A program made the translations under genes and the position numbers. Below are positions 48,794 to 62,567 of a DNA stretch of 64,000 bases, piece by piece. The notes below the pieces were generated by a model. That model saw only the letters and a list, made by a program, of their open reading frames with translations. It was not told the DNA's origin and did not search any database. The stretch comes from Vicugna vicugna (Eukaryota), in the NCBI GenBank assembly GCA_013265495.1, contig MU057848.1:1-64000 (forward strand), given 5' to 3'. Positions within the stretch are counted from its first letter, which is position 1; every line of letters starts with the position of its first letter.

Positions 48794-51700
48794 CAAAGGT
48801 GTGAAGCCTACTTGATGCCTCTAATGCCCCCAAAAAGCCAACCAACCAACCGAACTAAACTAGTATCTGATTTTAATGTTTTCATCAGGTATTTTCTTAA
48901 CATCAACAAGATGTTGATTTTTTTTTGTCATGAGATTAATGCAAATGGACACTAGAATTTAAATGACCATGGACGTAAAGAAACTGATGATGTCTTAACA
49001 GAACACAAAGACAATTATAGAGCAGTCGAAAGGATGAAAATGAGGCAGACATATTAATTTTTATTAAAGACAAGAAATAAACTTAGGAGGAGACTGTCTT
49101 GGTAAGATTTTTATTTTGAATAAAACTCATCACATGATAACTCTCCAAGGTGCCACACACATGTGCATCCTGATGTCCGAGTGTAGTAGAAGAAAGACAG
49201 GTAACACACTCAGGTTGTTATCTCGTACTGGTGAAGTTTCAATGTCACGTTTTAAGATTCTTCTGAGTCTTTGGGAAAGTTGTGAAGTCACAGCCCCTGT
49301 AATATGCTTACCAAGGGACAGGACAGTGTAGCACCTCCTGTTCTAGGGTCTCCCGTTCCAGGTTTAGCACTTGACTTCAAGATGGGTCCTGTAAGCTCTT
49401 CCAGCCTTGTCCCATTCATGTGTAACAGGTAGGAGGTTTTATCTCTCTTATATCTATTTTATGGTGGTGTTTTCATGATCAGAAACAGACAGAAATGACT
49501 CATGAAGTGTAAAGTGCTCTGCAAAAGCAAGGTGGCCCAATGATGGGTGCTTCCCAGAAAGTACTACCCCCACCTTGCTAGCCGTCTTTCAATAGGCAAT
49601 CCAGACAATTCAGCCCTGATTTTGTGCTTTCTAGAAGTATCTCTAGCAATTAGGCCGTCCATAAAAACCAAACAAGATGGACATGAAGAGAAAGATGCAT
49701 ATTTTCAACCCATTTTAGGTCAGGTGCATCATCTGTGTTAAGTGTGACCTGACTTGTTTGGGGCTCCCAGTGTATGAGTCAATGTGCATTTTCAAGTCAG
49801 ACACAAATCCATTTCAACAGTGAGGGTGAGGCCAATATTATATTATTTTCCAGTGATAATAAGGACATTGCCTGTCTTATGGCCATTTGACTACATTGTT
49901 GTTCTCATTTAAAATAATCAGATTTTCATCCTGAAGCCTAAGTAAATTTGAATGCTACGTGAAGTGTGTAATGGAATAAAATGTAGTTACAGTGACTTCT
50001 GTCCAGTTGCCAGCATGCTGCTTTTCTGTTACTAGAGATGGTAGAGAAATTTTGGGGACTAGCAGATTTAGACATGATTTTGTACCCAGTCTGTGGCCAT
50101 TGGTTTGGCCATTTTTACGACTCACCAGGTGATAGCTGTGGGGGCGAAGCTTCTACATAGCAAAGTCGCAGTCATTTTGGCTCATAGTTTTTGCAGAATT
50201 GCTTCTGAAATTTATGACAGATTCCAGCTTTAGTGAGAGCACTGAGCTTGTCAGTCATGTAGAAATCCGTGTTTCATAACATATAGCCACGTATGCGACT
50301 AAGTACTGAGGTCCTTGAGGTGTTTCCAAGTGAAAGGAGAGTTTGAGTCGTGTACATTAGGGAGGAGCAGGTGGTCCAGGGGAGAAGGAAGATCTCAGTT
50401 CTGAGGCCCCATAAAGAGAAGCACAAAAGATGGGATCCACATTTCAACCATTTCTTCTCATATTTGAGAATTTAGCTGGGAAGTTCTTTAGACTTTAATT
50501 GAACAAAGTAGGCCGATAAAGTAAAATCACACTGTATTTCTCAGCTTGGTTTTGTGGAACTGGGCAGCTCATAGGGAAATACTAATTGGTCAGGAGAGAT
50601 CTGCAGAAATTGCACAGAGATTGCAAGAATAATTAGATTTGATGTAAAGCACTGCTCAATGATATGGTGAGGATAAGTGGGGTGGAACAGGATGTAGAGC
50701 TGTTGTCAAAATTCACAGATTTTTGCAAAGCAGCATTCATTTAAAATCAAAGCTTTGAAGGTTGATCTGGTTTGAGAACAATCCAGGAGCATGGACTTCC
50801 TTGGCATGTGGGCCCCTAGGGGCTGAGTGGAAAGAGGAGAGTCTGTAATTTCCCTGGGATGCGTCCAAAGTGGTGTTGAAGAGTCATCGTCTCCTGGTCG
50901 ATGGGCCTGGCACGGAAACCAAAGCCCAGGTAGTTTGCCCTGTCCTCTGTTCCTGTCCTTCCTCCAGTGGGGCTGCTCGGTGGTGCACACATCCTGTTTT
51001 TATTAAGAGGCGCATTTTGCTTCCAGCCCCTTCCGCCCCAGCCCCTGCCCCACGTCCCCCACTTCTGTGAGCTGAGTCCCAGTTCAGTTAACGCGCTGAT
51101 GGAACACGGGGCAGAGGACAGCACCTGCCCAAGGGTGAGCTTCCAACTGAGGAGGAGGGTAGTCTTGGACTGACAATTTCAGGAGACAGCTAAAAGATTA
51201 GATAGTAAGTTTACTTAACAGAGACTAATTGCCTGGGACTGGGTTTCATGTCCTCTTTTGAAATAATGTATTTTGTGCTCTGGTCTGAATCATCCCTCCT
51301 CTAATAATGAGAGGCAGTGGATCTTTAATCTTTGACCCTCTTCCATATAATCTAATCACAATGGTTTTCTGATCCACTTCTCCTTATTTGGTGAAGTTTA
51401 GGAAAGAGAAAGCACTCATGTCTCTGGCATGGCCAGCTGGGCATTCGCTACTTCTTATGAGGGGCCGGGCTGACTGGTAAAATCAGACTCTGCCTGGTGC
51501 ATGTCCTGTACTCTTCACATGGGGGAGGGAGGGGGATGAAGGAGAAAAGAAAAGGGGAGGGAAGCCAAAAGCCTTTGTGTTTGCAGAGGATGAATGAAGA
51601 GTGGCAGTGAGGAACTGCAGTAAAACAGTCATGACATCTGTTTCATCCAAGGCTGCCTCACAAGCTGTGAGTCATGAAGTGGGGGCAGCCTTAGGTGAGC

Positions 51701-52339
51701 CCCTCCTGCTGTCTCTGAGTGTAACAGAGTTAGGAATGAGAGCCGGGTCATCCTGCAATTGTCTGCACATGGAAACTTCTATGCATTTAGCATCCTCCCC
51801 TGCCCTTTCAAGCTGGGAGGTCTTCGGGTGTCTCTCCTTCCTCTCTGACTTTGAGAATCACCCCAGCAGGAATCCTGGAGGCTGGGAGACTGGGTTCAGT
51901 TTGAATGAGAAAGTGAACAGAGGAATGCTTTCACCTTCCCGCCTGCCCATCCTTCCCTGTTTGTGTGGTTGTTGCCAGACTGTGCAAAAGCCACAGACAA
52001 GATCTCTAGCATCTTCCTCTTTCTACTTCTCAGGGCTCTGTGACACTCGAGAGAAAGCCAGGTCCTTTGGCTGCTTAGACAGAATTCTCTGGTTGAAAAT
52101 ATCAAAACACTAGCAAACCTAGGTAACTGAAGTAGGATTTTTGGAAAGTGTATGCAGTCGGGCATCTCAAATCAAAGAGAAGGTCGAGAAGCAGGGCTTG
52201 TAGAGACAGGCACTGATTCTCTTCAGAGGTTCTTGAGAGCAGCGATCGGTCAACGTTTGTACCCAGGCACTAGTGCTAATGATTGGATGTCAACTATCTT
52301 CAGTTTTTGGCCCCTTTGCCTATAATTCCAATACCATGG

Positions 52340-52590
52340 AGGAGAGGAGGAAGGGGTAAATTAGAAGTTTGGGATTAACAGATACACATTATTATATTTA
52401 AAATAGATAAACAGGAGGATCAACTGTATAGCACAGGGAACTATATCAAATTTCTTGTAATAAGCTATAATGGAAAAGAATCTGAAAATATACATACGTA
52501 TGTATGTATATGGATAACTGAATCGCTTTGCGGTACACCTGAAACTAACACTGTAAATCAACTACACTTCCATAAAAAATAAAATAAAAA
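52340..52590 (+). mobile_element. 5'-truncated LINE-1 3' UTR (cetartiodactyl type)
   Basis: aaattagaagtttgggattaacagatacac..tatagcacagggaactatat..actgaatcgctttgcggtacacctgaaactaacactgtaaatcaactac plus A tail; near-TSD aata(c)catgg. Confidence 0.92.
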
Positions 52591-54559
52591 ATACATGGCC
52601 CAGCTTGGATCATGCATTTGGCCAGGGAACAGTAGGACATCTTGATTAATTACACTTGATTACGTGTAGGGAAAGCCAGTTCCTCTGCAGGTACATGGAT
52701 GCTGTGCTGTTTTCCAAAGTAGATGCTGGTGGTGAGCAGCCAAAAGGCTGCTGAGAAACAAGCTGCTGGACAACAAGCAGCTAGAAAACAAGCCACACCT
52801 AGATTTCCATGAGCTTAAAATATTATATTCACACTTACTTGCTTAAAATGCACATGCTTGCTTTGTTTTAATGTTTTACGCAGTAGGTGACCTATAACAT
52901 GTATTATGCTAAAGAAAATTTGGGGTGAGCAATCCTGAGATTGACCATAAGGGCATGAAGGAGGGCAGATATTTCCTTAGGGTAAAACAACAGACAGTCC
53001 TGGAAAGCCAGATCATCCATTAACAGAACTTGGTTCTGGCATGAAAGCATGATGTTTAACGTGAGGGAAGTATTTGCTATCTCGAGATGTCCTGGAGGCA
53101 ATAACAGGATGGACTCAGAAATTTTGCATACCCCGTGGAGGGTGACTGTTCCTGGAAGCGATGGGCCGGAAATTAATCAGTTAGCCAGCAGGCAGAACTT
53201 GGTGCTGATCGCATGGAATATCTAAAGCCCCAACTCTTTGAGCGCATTTTTTTCTGAGCTGTATACTCCTAATAGATATGATGTCCACCAGGCTTTTGTC
53301 ACTCTCAATCCATGACATCTTGAGTCTCCTGGTCCCATCTTTGCTCTTTACTTTGTCTCTTTGTTTCTTAAGTCTTGCATCGCCTGTTCTCAGACACGGT
53401 CCCGAGCTGCGCTGGACGCAGCAAAAGGCAAGGAATTTCAGCCGTCTGCAGTTTCCTCTCTCACTAGAATCTAACTTTGCTTGGTAGTCTTGCTAGGATG
53501 GCCCACAGAGCTGCCATGTAAAAGGCTTTGCAAGGGACTGGTGATGCGCTCCCTTTGCTGTGCCACCATCACCACCCCCACCCCTGCCCATCCTCCATCA
53601 GTATCAGAATAGGCAGAGAGACTCCCAAAACTTGACCTTTGGAATTGAGGTTATTTTATTTTCTTTAAATCTCCAAGGTTTCAATCTTTACTTGTTTCCA
53701 TTAACTTCCATCCTGGGCCCCTCTGTGCCCCATTCAGATCCCTGCCACCACTCAAGATCCCTGTCCCACACTCTCCCCCCAAATTCACAGCTGAGATAAA
53801 TAATTCAAAGGCAAAGTAAATATCCAGCCCCATCCCCAGCTCTGCGTAATTACCTCTCTGGTGCACACTGGCTTTGCCATTCTGGGAAATGTAAGAAGGG
53901 AAGACGGGTCCTTTTAGCCAGTGAATGGTGCTTTGTTAACTTGATGCATGAATGTGGAAGGAATATGAGACAAAATAAAGCTAATAATGCATTGCAGTGT
54001 AGATAATTCATCACTTAAGTCAATAGGAACTGCAGGTCACTGAACTGGAACTGGTGTTACTGTGATTCAAACACAGACTTAATCATTGAAGCTACACTGA
54101 TCTGTCTTCCCGGAAGGAGAAGACAGACAACCCCAGAGATTCACACAGCACAGGAGGAATGAGGCGATGGAGATAGACAGATGATTCATTAACTCCTCCA
54201 GCTGTCGCATGCAGTAAACATGAAAGTCTGCTTTCTATCTGGAATCAGCCTCATTTGGGAGTGAGGTTAGCTGAATTATATGCTCAGCTGCGTGTTTATT
54301 TTTTCATTTATTGCAGGAATTTCAAATGATGGGTTAGCGTGGAATGCCACATTTTCTGAGGTTGAAAGGAATCTCTCTAGCAATGACTGGGAAGTTGTGT
54401 GCACTACCTATGGGCCCCTTTACCTCCTTTGTGCCTACCTGGCAATTCTGAGTCCTCGGTTTCCCAGGAAGTTTGGTTCTGCAGCCACGTGGGGGTCAGT
54501 GGAGTCCATGTCTGCAGTGAAAGAGCATCATGGAGGAGTCAGGAAGACAAGTCCCGAGG

Positions 54560-54735
54560 ACAGTCCTCAAGTCTACAGCCTTGGGCAAATTGCATATTCT
54601 CTCTGAGCCTCAGTTTCCCTCCCCGTAAAGGGAGTTAATGATAGCCTGAGGTAAGGCACTGAGGACTGAATGAGATCAAGAAACAAGGGCACTTAGAGTC
54701 CTGGCTGGGACCTGACACCCTCAGTGTTTGACATT
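54560..54735 (+). mobile_element. MIR relic
   Basis: ccttgggcaaattgcatattctctctgagcctcagtttccctccccgtaaagggagttaatgatag..tgaggactgaatgagat (MIR core). Confidence 0.75.
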
Positions 54736-56504
54736 GCTCTTGGTGGTGGTGGTCGGGTTACTAGGCCAGGGTAAGGCTGAGGTTGGTGCTGCAGAGAGAG
54801 ATTATTGCTATTAAAATTAAAGCCAACCCTGGATGCTTTGACTCTCAGAGAAGTAGAGTCAGCTGTAGAAGTTCATCTCTGTCCTATTGCCTTCTGCTTG
54901 TGAGAGTGAGAATGAATGGGACCCCGAGTAGGGTTCCCACTGGCAGGTTTGGACACATTGCAAAAGGAGGACCTCCCCTTGGAGGTGGGGATTCAGCCGA
55001 GTTAAATAATCCTGACTAATAAAATGGAAGCAAGTGGGGTGCAGAACTGGTTTCTAGAGGATGCTTGCAAGAGATGGAAGCGAAGGAGAGAATCCAGGGA
55101 AGAATGCAGGAGGTGGAGCCTTGCAGAGAAAAGTGGCTGAATTTTTTAATAACAGAGATGCTTAAAATTCATTTTTAAACCTCTGTCCATCTCCACAGCA
55201 TTCACATCAGTCTGTGTCCCATACAAATGCTGTGTGTGTCTGTGTGTGGGAGTGGGGTGGGTGTGATGTTCAGAGATGAAGGAAAAGAGGTTGGGCTTCC
55301 AGGCTGGGGTGACATGATATGTGACAGGAACAGCACATGTCACATCAACCAGATGAAGCATCAACTGATCAATTTTAACAGAAGCAGGACTTCACAACTG
55401 AAAAACTGACTGGGAAGAGGTCCAGCCTTAGTCCCTCCCCCAGCCCCTGGAGATACTGGGAGGATGCAAGGCTTCTTGTCAAGTGAGGAGAGTCTTGCAC
55501 CCACTCCATTTGCATTTCTACCTACATCTGTGCAGACTGCGGAGGGTCTGGCTGGACCTCATCTACCAGGTATGCAGAAGTCCTTGATCCAGGAAACCCT
55601 TTCCTATAGGTACCTGCATTTCTGCTCGAGGTAGGATCTGTTTGTCCCTTGGAGTGACTTTTCTACCTAATCTGAGCGCCAGTCTGAGGATGCCCTGTAC
55701 ACTTGTGGCCCACCCTGGGAGAGAGAATGGTCTCCTCAAGACCATCTCCCTGAGGCCAAGAGGGAAGGGAGACTCAGGCAATGAGTAGGATTTCTACAAG
55801 GGACACCCCCACTTCTAACTCATCCTCAGAGGAGAGACTAGAGATGTGTTAGTAGGTGGGAGACCAGAGCTGCCGCCTCTGGAGGTTTCCTGAATGCCCT
55901 ACAGTAGCTGGGACACTCATGGGAGTTGGGCAGCCAGAATACCTTAGTGGAGGAGAGATCGGCTTGGTGGAGCATTAGATTGTCAGGCAAAGGGCCCAGG
56001 ACAGAGAGTAAGTGGATGACAGCCCCTCCCTAAGGATATAGGTGGCCACATTATGAACTGTTTTTTTTTTTTCAGGAGCCACCTCTCCTCTTTTCTCCAG
56101 ATGATTTCAGAGCCCAACAGCCTCTTTGAAGTGAAACTGTTTTTGGAAAGAAAGACAATATAGTCCATTGAATGTAAGCATTTTTTTCTAAAGTCATTAG
56201 TGATGTGAAAATCTGTACAATTGAATGTACCCTTGAAAATCCCTTAAATCACCTGTGAATCTCCAGAATGTGGTTCCTTTGAAACTCAAAAGCCAAGAGA
56301 GGAACTTACTTTTTAAAAGTCTGTTTTCATCTGGGATCCAGCCTACCCTGGAGTAGTTGAGGGTGAAATCTAGTTTGACCTGGAAAGGTGATGGGGTCAA
56401 CAAAGGATTCTTCTTCTCCCTGAGCAATACAGTTCTTTTTCACAAGTCAGATGTGCTGACAGATATGACTTCAATAAATAAAGTCAATAATAGAGAAGGC
56501 AGTG

Positions 56505-56615
56505 AACCAAGAAGCAAAAGACCTCAGATTGGGTCTAGCTCCACTACAAACTAGTTGTGTGACCTTGAACAAGACACTTGACCTCTCTGGATGTTAATTT
56601 TCCAACCTTTGGAAC
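56505..56615 (+). mobile_element. MIR relic
   Basis: ctagctccactacaaactagttgtgtgaccttgaacaagacacttgacctctctgg. Confidence 0.7.
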
Positions 56616-57116
56616 AAACTCAGTGAAAATATTTAGATAGGTAAGTAGGTGAATAGATAGATACATTCCAGCTTTTTAAAAAATATATAATTTAAAGTGT
56701 TTCAACCTAGAGGAGAATGAGATACTTTTGTAAATATCTGTATTTTTCAGGAAAGCCTTGAGCTAGAAATCCAGCCTTTCCCCCTTTGGTATTGAATGGG
56801 ATTACAAATGGCCAGAATTTACCTACAAGGAGCTGAATATATCCCATTTTAGGATTGAAATCAACTAATATGTGTGATGTTCTCCTTGTGAACAAAGCAA
56901 ACTCCTTCCTTACTGTGTTCTAGATGCTGTGTGTACTGGAGATACAGAAGGTAGGTTAGAGGCAGCTGTCTTTGGTTGACTGGTACCTCAGACTTGTACC
57001 ATCTTACAGAACTCGAAGTCCTTACTATTTAGGACTTTTAAAATTTACACTTTTAAGGAATTTACCTCTCGAAGTCTGAATTTACTCAAACAAGCTGTGA
57101 GGCTCCTGGGCTGAAT

Positions 57117-57330
57117 CAGTGGTCTTCCCGTTCTTTGATGGGGTCTCCACACACGCCCCAGGGGCCCTTTCAGGAGTTGGGTAGGGAGGGAGGAGGTGAG
57201 GGAATTCCTAGCTGTCAAGACTCCAGGTTCCCCTGGGCCCCTGCATGCAGGGGTACAGCTCTACTTTTATCTGATTTATGTACTAAGGGTTTCATGTCAG
57301 ATTTCATTTAAGGGTCCATGGTAAGAAAAG
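57117..57330. mobile_element. hAT-Charlie relic (MER103-like)
   Basis: Starts cagtggtcttcc; contains cagctctacttttatctgatttatgtactaagggtttcatgtcagatttcattt. Confidence 0.6.
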
Positions 57331-57944
57331 AAAAGGAAAGAAAAGAGACAGGTGCTCTTTATAAAGTCTAAGGTCTGCCATGTATAAGTTTTTGTGATGC
57401 TTGTAGAGAAACAGACAAAACTGGGTTTAAGAGTCCTGGGCAGACAAGTCCTAAGCAGAATACCCAGCCCTCTGCTAATTTCCAAGAGGAGGTGCAGATT
57501 CCTTTCCATCATCCAACTCACACCAGGGCATGAAACCAGTATACATTCGTTTCTCATTATTCATGATACACATAGTCTATCAAGTCACCTTAAACACTGA
57601 GTTAGTGAGTACTGACTTGTTGCCCCGGGAGAAATACACACACACACACATATCTCACACAGGTCATCATCTTAATTCCTAGAAATAACTCATTCTGGAA
57701 GATTCTGCTTTCTCTACTTTATAAAAGGAAAAACAAAGCTTAGAAGTAGTAAGTGGATTGCCTGAGGCCACGCCACTAAACAGATGCCAAAGTTGGGATT
57801 AAACCCCATCCAACTGGCCTAAGAGCCAATCTTCTTGCACTGCCAGGCCCTGCCCCCAGACTCTCCACCCCGGCCACCTCTGTGACAGACCTCAGACAAG
57901 AAGGCAGAGCATGGTCTTGTTTGATCTTACCTGGGAACCTGTAA

Positions 57945-58092
57945 CATTGGGCAACTCAAAATTTTTGCCTGTCTGCACATGTCCATAAATGACCTGAAAG
58001 TATGATGAGTATTGGTTTGGGGGCTACAAATAAATTTTCATAAATAGGCAAATTCACAAAGACAGACTCTGCAAATAATGAAGATCAGATAT
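57945..58092. mobile_element. Tigger-family relic (MER46C-like)
   Basis: gggcaactcaaaatttttgcc..ctgcacatgtccataaatgacc..gggggctacaaataaatttt..taggcaaattcacaaagacagactctgcaaataatgaagatcaga. Confidence 0.65.
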
Positions 58093-59299
58093 GCATGTAA
58101 TGTCAACCATTTACATTCTAGTCAAAACTAGGTAAATTATTCATTTTACTATCCTGCTGTTCATGTACACAGTACATTTTATGTATCTATCTGCCTTTCA
58201 TGGTAATCTATTAGTCAAATGACCTAGGTAGGACCCCTTGAACAAGTCAGAATTTTCTCATTTTTACTAATAAAAAAATTAAATGGAAAATGTATGGTAA
58301 GAAGAAAATGTAATTATATGTAATAGTTTCCTCCTTCTCTGTCCCCTTGCTTTTCTCTGTTCTACCATTCCCTGCTGCCTCCCTGGACCCCTACTCTCCA
58401 ATGGAAAGTTCTATCTTTATCAACCTAGTTCCTGGATGTCTTGTGATATAAAATCTAGAGAATGGGTAGAGAGACAGGGCCTGAGAGGCAGTAAAATGGC
58501 AGGATTGACTGAGGGATGGGGTGTGGTGGCAAGTAAGAGCATGCGGAACATCCATGAGGGATATGCATGGCACATGGAGATCAGGAGAAAGGATGTCTGA
58601 AAAGTCTTCTTCCAGGTAAGCGTAATTTAAAAGATTCAAATAAATATTAGAATTCCTTTTAACCATCTGTGACTGCCCAGTTGCTCCTTGACTTGTAACT
58701 CCATGTAGAAACTGAGCCACAGGGCCCATAGTTTTATCAGGGTTCTGGGACAAACCTAAAGTCTTTGTCTGTTGAGGCATATGTTTATTTTTGTAGTCTT
58801 TGCAGCAATATTTTCCCATATCAAAGTCACTAGAGAATGGGGAGGTGGCTTTGGATGCAAACAATAAAAGAAGTGATAAGTATCACTTCTTTTCTGCAGG
58901 AGTGAATATAGAATTAGGGGGTTATCTAAGTGCCACAGGGAATGTGATCCTTTGGAAGAAAAAATTTTCAGCATGAGTGTCTTTTATACATGGTTCTCTT
59001 ATGAAAAGAAACAAACCTAGATGATATCTAAGCATTTATCTTTCCTCTTGTGTTATTTTTATAGAGTAAATGTACTTCCTCTTATGTTATTTAGATTCAG
59101 AAACCTCGGGTTTCTTGACTGTAAACTGGGGATAAAAAAATACCATCTCAAGCCAGTCATAAAAGGATTCAGTGAGATTAACTTAGCACAGTTCCTGACA
59201 CCAGCTAATGATGCAATATGTATTCCCTGTTAGGTAATGGTTATTACCATCCTATCAGTGGGAAAAGGTATTCAAAGAGAAGGTTCTAAAAGTTCTTTC

Positions 59300-59800
59300 T
59301 AAAGAGAAACGAAAATACATGTCTACACAAAATGCTATACACAAATGTTTATAGCAGCATTATTCATAATAGCCAGAAAGTGGAAACAATCCAAATGCCC
59401 ATAAAGGACAAATGGATGAACAAACTATGGTACATCCATGCAATGGAATATGATTCAGCCGTAACATGTGATGAAGTACTGATACACACGACCATATGGA
59501 TGAACCTTGAAAATATTATGCTAAGTGAGAGAAGCCAGTCGTAAAATACTGTGTAGTATATATGATTTAGCTCAAATGAAAACCCAGATTGGGTAAATCT
59601 ATAGAGAAAAAACAGTAGATGAGTGGCTTCTTAGGGCGGGGTGTAGGAGACAGGCTCTTTCTGAGGTGATGAAAACTATGTAACTTGACTCTGGTGCTGG
59701 TTGCACATATTTGTGAATGTGCTAAAAGCTATTAAAGTGCATGCTTTAAATGGGTAAATGTCAGGTATATGAATGGTGTCCCAATAATGCTGTTTAAAAA
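59300..59800 (+). mobile_element. Older LINE-1 (L1MB-like) 3' end
   Basis: ORF 59332..59544 ends KWMNKLWYIHAMEYDSAV..WMNLENIMLSERSQS (ORF2p C-terminus); 3' UTR ggtgctggttgcacat..tttaaatgggtaaatg. Confidence 0.92.
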
Positions 59801-60379
59801 TGTTCAGTGAACAGGGGGAAAAAAGTTATTTCTAGATGATTTTGCTTCTGATCAGGAGTCAGAAGCCAACAGTTAGAAAACTGTCATTATACCCATGACA
59901 GACATGGAAACAGGACAGAAGGAACCTGCCTCTGTCCCCTCATTCCTTTGGCCTCTGCAATGACAATACCCAGAATGGGTGTTCAGCTGAAGCTTAACAT
60001 CCGTAAGTTGGAAAGAATTTCAAAGGTCATCTAAGGAAAATATGCCCCAGTCACCACCAGCCTTTCTGCTCAGCCAAACACTTCTTAATCTCTGCTTTCA
60101 CCAGGAACGTACACCTAGAGAGGAGAAGGGAACATAAAAATCCATGTAGGGGATATTTGTGGCACAGCTCAGGGGAAGGAAGGACTTGAGAAAGAATGCG
60201 TTTGATGCTATGGGTGGGAGGAGAGAGCAGGGACAACAGCTGCCCCGAAGTGTGCTGAGATGTTGGGTGCTGCTCACACCCAGCACACAAGCAAACTCTA
60301 AGTGAAAGCAGGTGACTCAGGTATGAGTCTGCAGCAGACAGCCAAGAGAGGGAGCAGCAGGGAACCAACAGGCGGGGCA

Positions 60380-60570
60380 CCTCTTATGAGTACGCCCTGC
60401 GCTGGGTGCTTCACAGAGGTCCTCTCGCTTAGTCCCTACGACTTTTCTAAAGGGCGGGGTTTTTATACCACTCAAACAGATAAGGAAGCTAAGGCTCAGA
60501 GAGGTGATGGACCTTTTCAGAAGGTGCTCAGTTAACAAGTAGGGAAACTGAGATTTAAGCATGAGATCTA
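60380..60570 (-). mobile_element. MIR relic
   Basis: cttatgagtacgccctgcgctgggtgcttcacagag..acagataaggaagctaaggctcagagaggtga..aaggtgctcagttaacaagtaggg. Confidence 0.75.
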
Positions 60571-60614
60571 GGGCATCGTCACCAGTGTTGCCCTAGAGCA
60601 GACCTGGGAGAAGG

Positions 60615-61180
60615 GTCCGTCATAATCCACCTGGTTGCTCCAGCCAAAAAAACCCTGGAGTCATTCTTTGTGCTCTGACTTCTACCCCCACTTTGTCTGC
60701 AACCAATCCAGCCAGCCAGCCAGGTTGGATCAAAGTCCTCAACTGGTCCCTCAAGGTCACGTGTGCCCTGGCTCCTCCTTCCCCACCCAACCTTGTCCTG
60801 GACTATTCTGTGCCTCTTGCTCACTCTTCCTCCAAGCCACTGAGAGGACAACTGTGCTTTCCTCTGCCAGGAATGTCCTCTGAGGTCTTCTCACCAAGAT
60901 CCTTCTCAAACTTCGGATCTCAGCTCCAGAGTCACTACCTCTTCGGGAAGACTTCCTGGCAGCCCACCTAATATGGCCTTCTCCATTCTGCCTCATCACG
61001 GATTATTTCCTATGTAGCACTTATCTTAATCTGCCGTTATTTTTGCAGTTTGTTTATATGTAGTCATACTTGTTCGCTATGTCCCTAACTATAACAGAAG
61101 TCCAGGAGCTCAGGGATTCAGTTCTCTCATTTCCTGAGGAATCTAGGACTGTGCCTTGCCCTTGGAAGATGCTTGAGAGA
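60615..61180 (+). mobile_element. L2 relic
   Basis: tccacctggttgctccagccaaaaaaaccctggagtcattctt..ttcctctgccaggaatg..ggatctcagctccagagtcactacctcttcgggaagacttcctg..atctaggactgtgcctt. Confidence 0.8.
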
Positions 61181-62567
61181 GGGAAGGTAAAAGGGAAGGT
61201 GGAAGGGGCCTCTCTGGAGATACCCCTCAGGGCAAAGAAGAGCTTAAGAGCAGAACTTTCTAGGAGCAGAGGGCTCTGGGATGCCCTGGTTTTCTGTTTA
61301 CTTGCTATGAACATCTGAACACGTTTCACATGCATGTGTTTCCACGGGTATTTATTGAACACTTTTTATTCAAAAGAAAACATTTTAGTGATTGCAAACA
61401 TATATCCTGAGAAGCAGGAAATACGAATGCCAAAGCTTAACTTTGACCATAAGGTGCAATTATGAAGTCTACGGTCCTAGGTTAGGGGTGGGAAGGGGCA
61501 GGACTGTCAAGGAAAAGAAAAACTCCAGTCTGTTTTAGCTTGGATTAGCAACAGTCATGGAGGCAGGAGCATGGAGGAAATGACCCTCTGGTCCCTGCAA
61601 CTCAGTGCAACAGCACTTGCAACTACCTGGCCAGCTCGTCCTCACAGGCTAGTCTCGCCCGACCTCACCAGAGTCTGAGGCAGAGAGAGCCCTGTATCCA
61701 AGCCATGAAGGGGACAACTGCTCTGTGATCGCAGGTGAGTCCCCCACAGCAGCGACAAAGATGCTGCCCACCAGAGCAAGGGTCACCAGACCGTGCACAC
61801 TACCAACACCCCTGTGCGCTGGGGCAGCTCTCCTTGCGTTAGCTCAGTCAGTCCCCACGGGATTTCTGCACAAACACAAGCTCCATGAAAGCAGGAAACT
61901 TGCTTTTTAACCATGGACTCACCAGCCTTGAGAGTAGTGTCTGGCCTGTAGAAGAAGTTTAGTCATCAGTGGGTGAATGAATACAGGAGGGGGTCCTGTA
62001 ATTACCAGGCCCTTCTAGTGTGAGTGGTTTATCTGGCTATGATTCACCACCGCAGGCATAAAGCCTAGAAAATGCCTGGCCCCGAATAAGGACTCAGTGA
62101 ACGTTTGCTGTGTAAACAGCTCCTCATTCTGTTGATGAGGAGCCTGAGGCCTGGAGGAGTGATGTCACCTTCCCAAGGTCACAGGAAGGAGTGAAGAGGT
62201 GGCGATTGGCTTTTAATTAATGTAAGAAAAGGGTACTTCTGATTTAGGGGTAGGAATAAGAAACTGCATCAAAATTAATAAGTGAGGTGCAAGAGTGAGT
62301 TTGAGATAAGCCATGTGAACGCGCTCTAACCTGCAGGGACAGCTGTAAGTGACGCAGTTTGTGGACAGAAGTCATAGCGCTGGACTCTGCAAAGTTTCTG
62401 CTCCTGGGCTTTCTTGTGCTCCAGGGCTTTTTTTTTTTTAAACAGCAGGAACTATAATTTAATCATATCATATTGGACTATGTAAGATTCTATATTTTGC
62501 CTGTTGTTCTATTCAGAACAATGTTTTTCTTCTGGGTCCCCCCCCCCTCAGTGGAGTGACTATTAAT

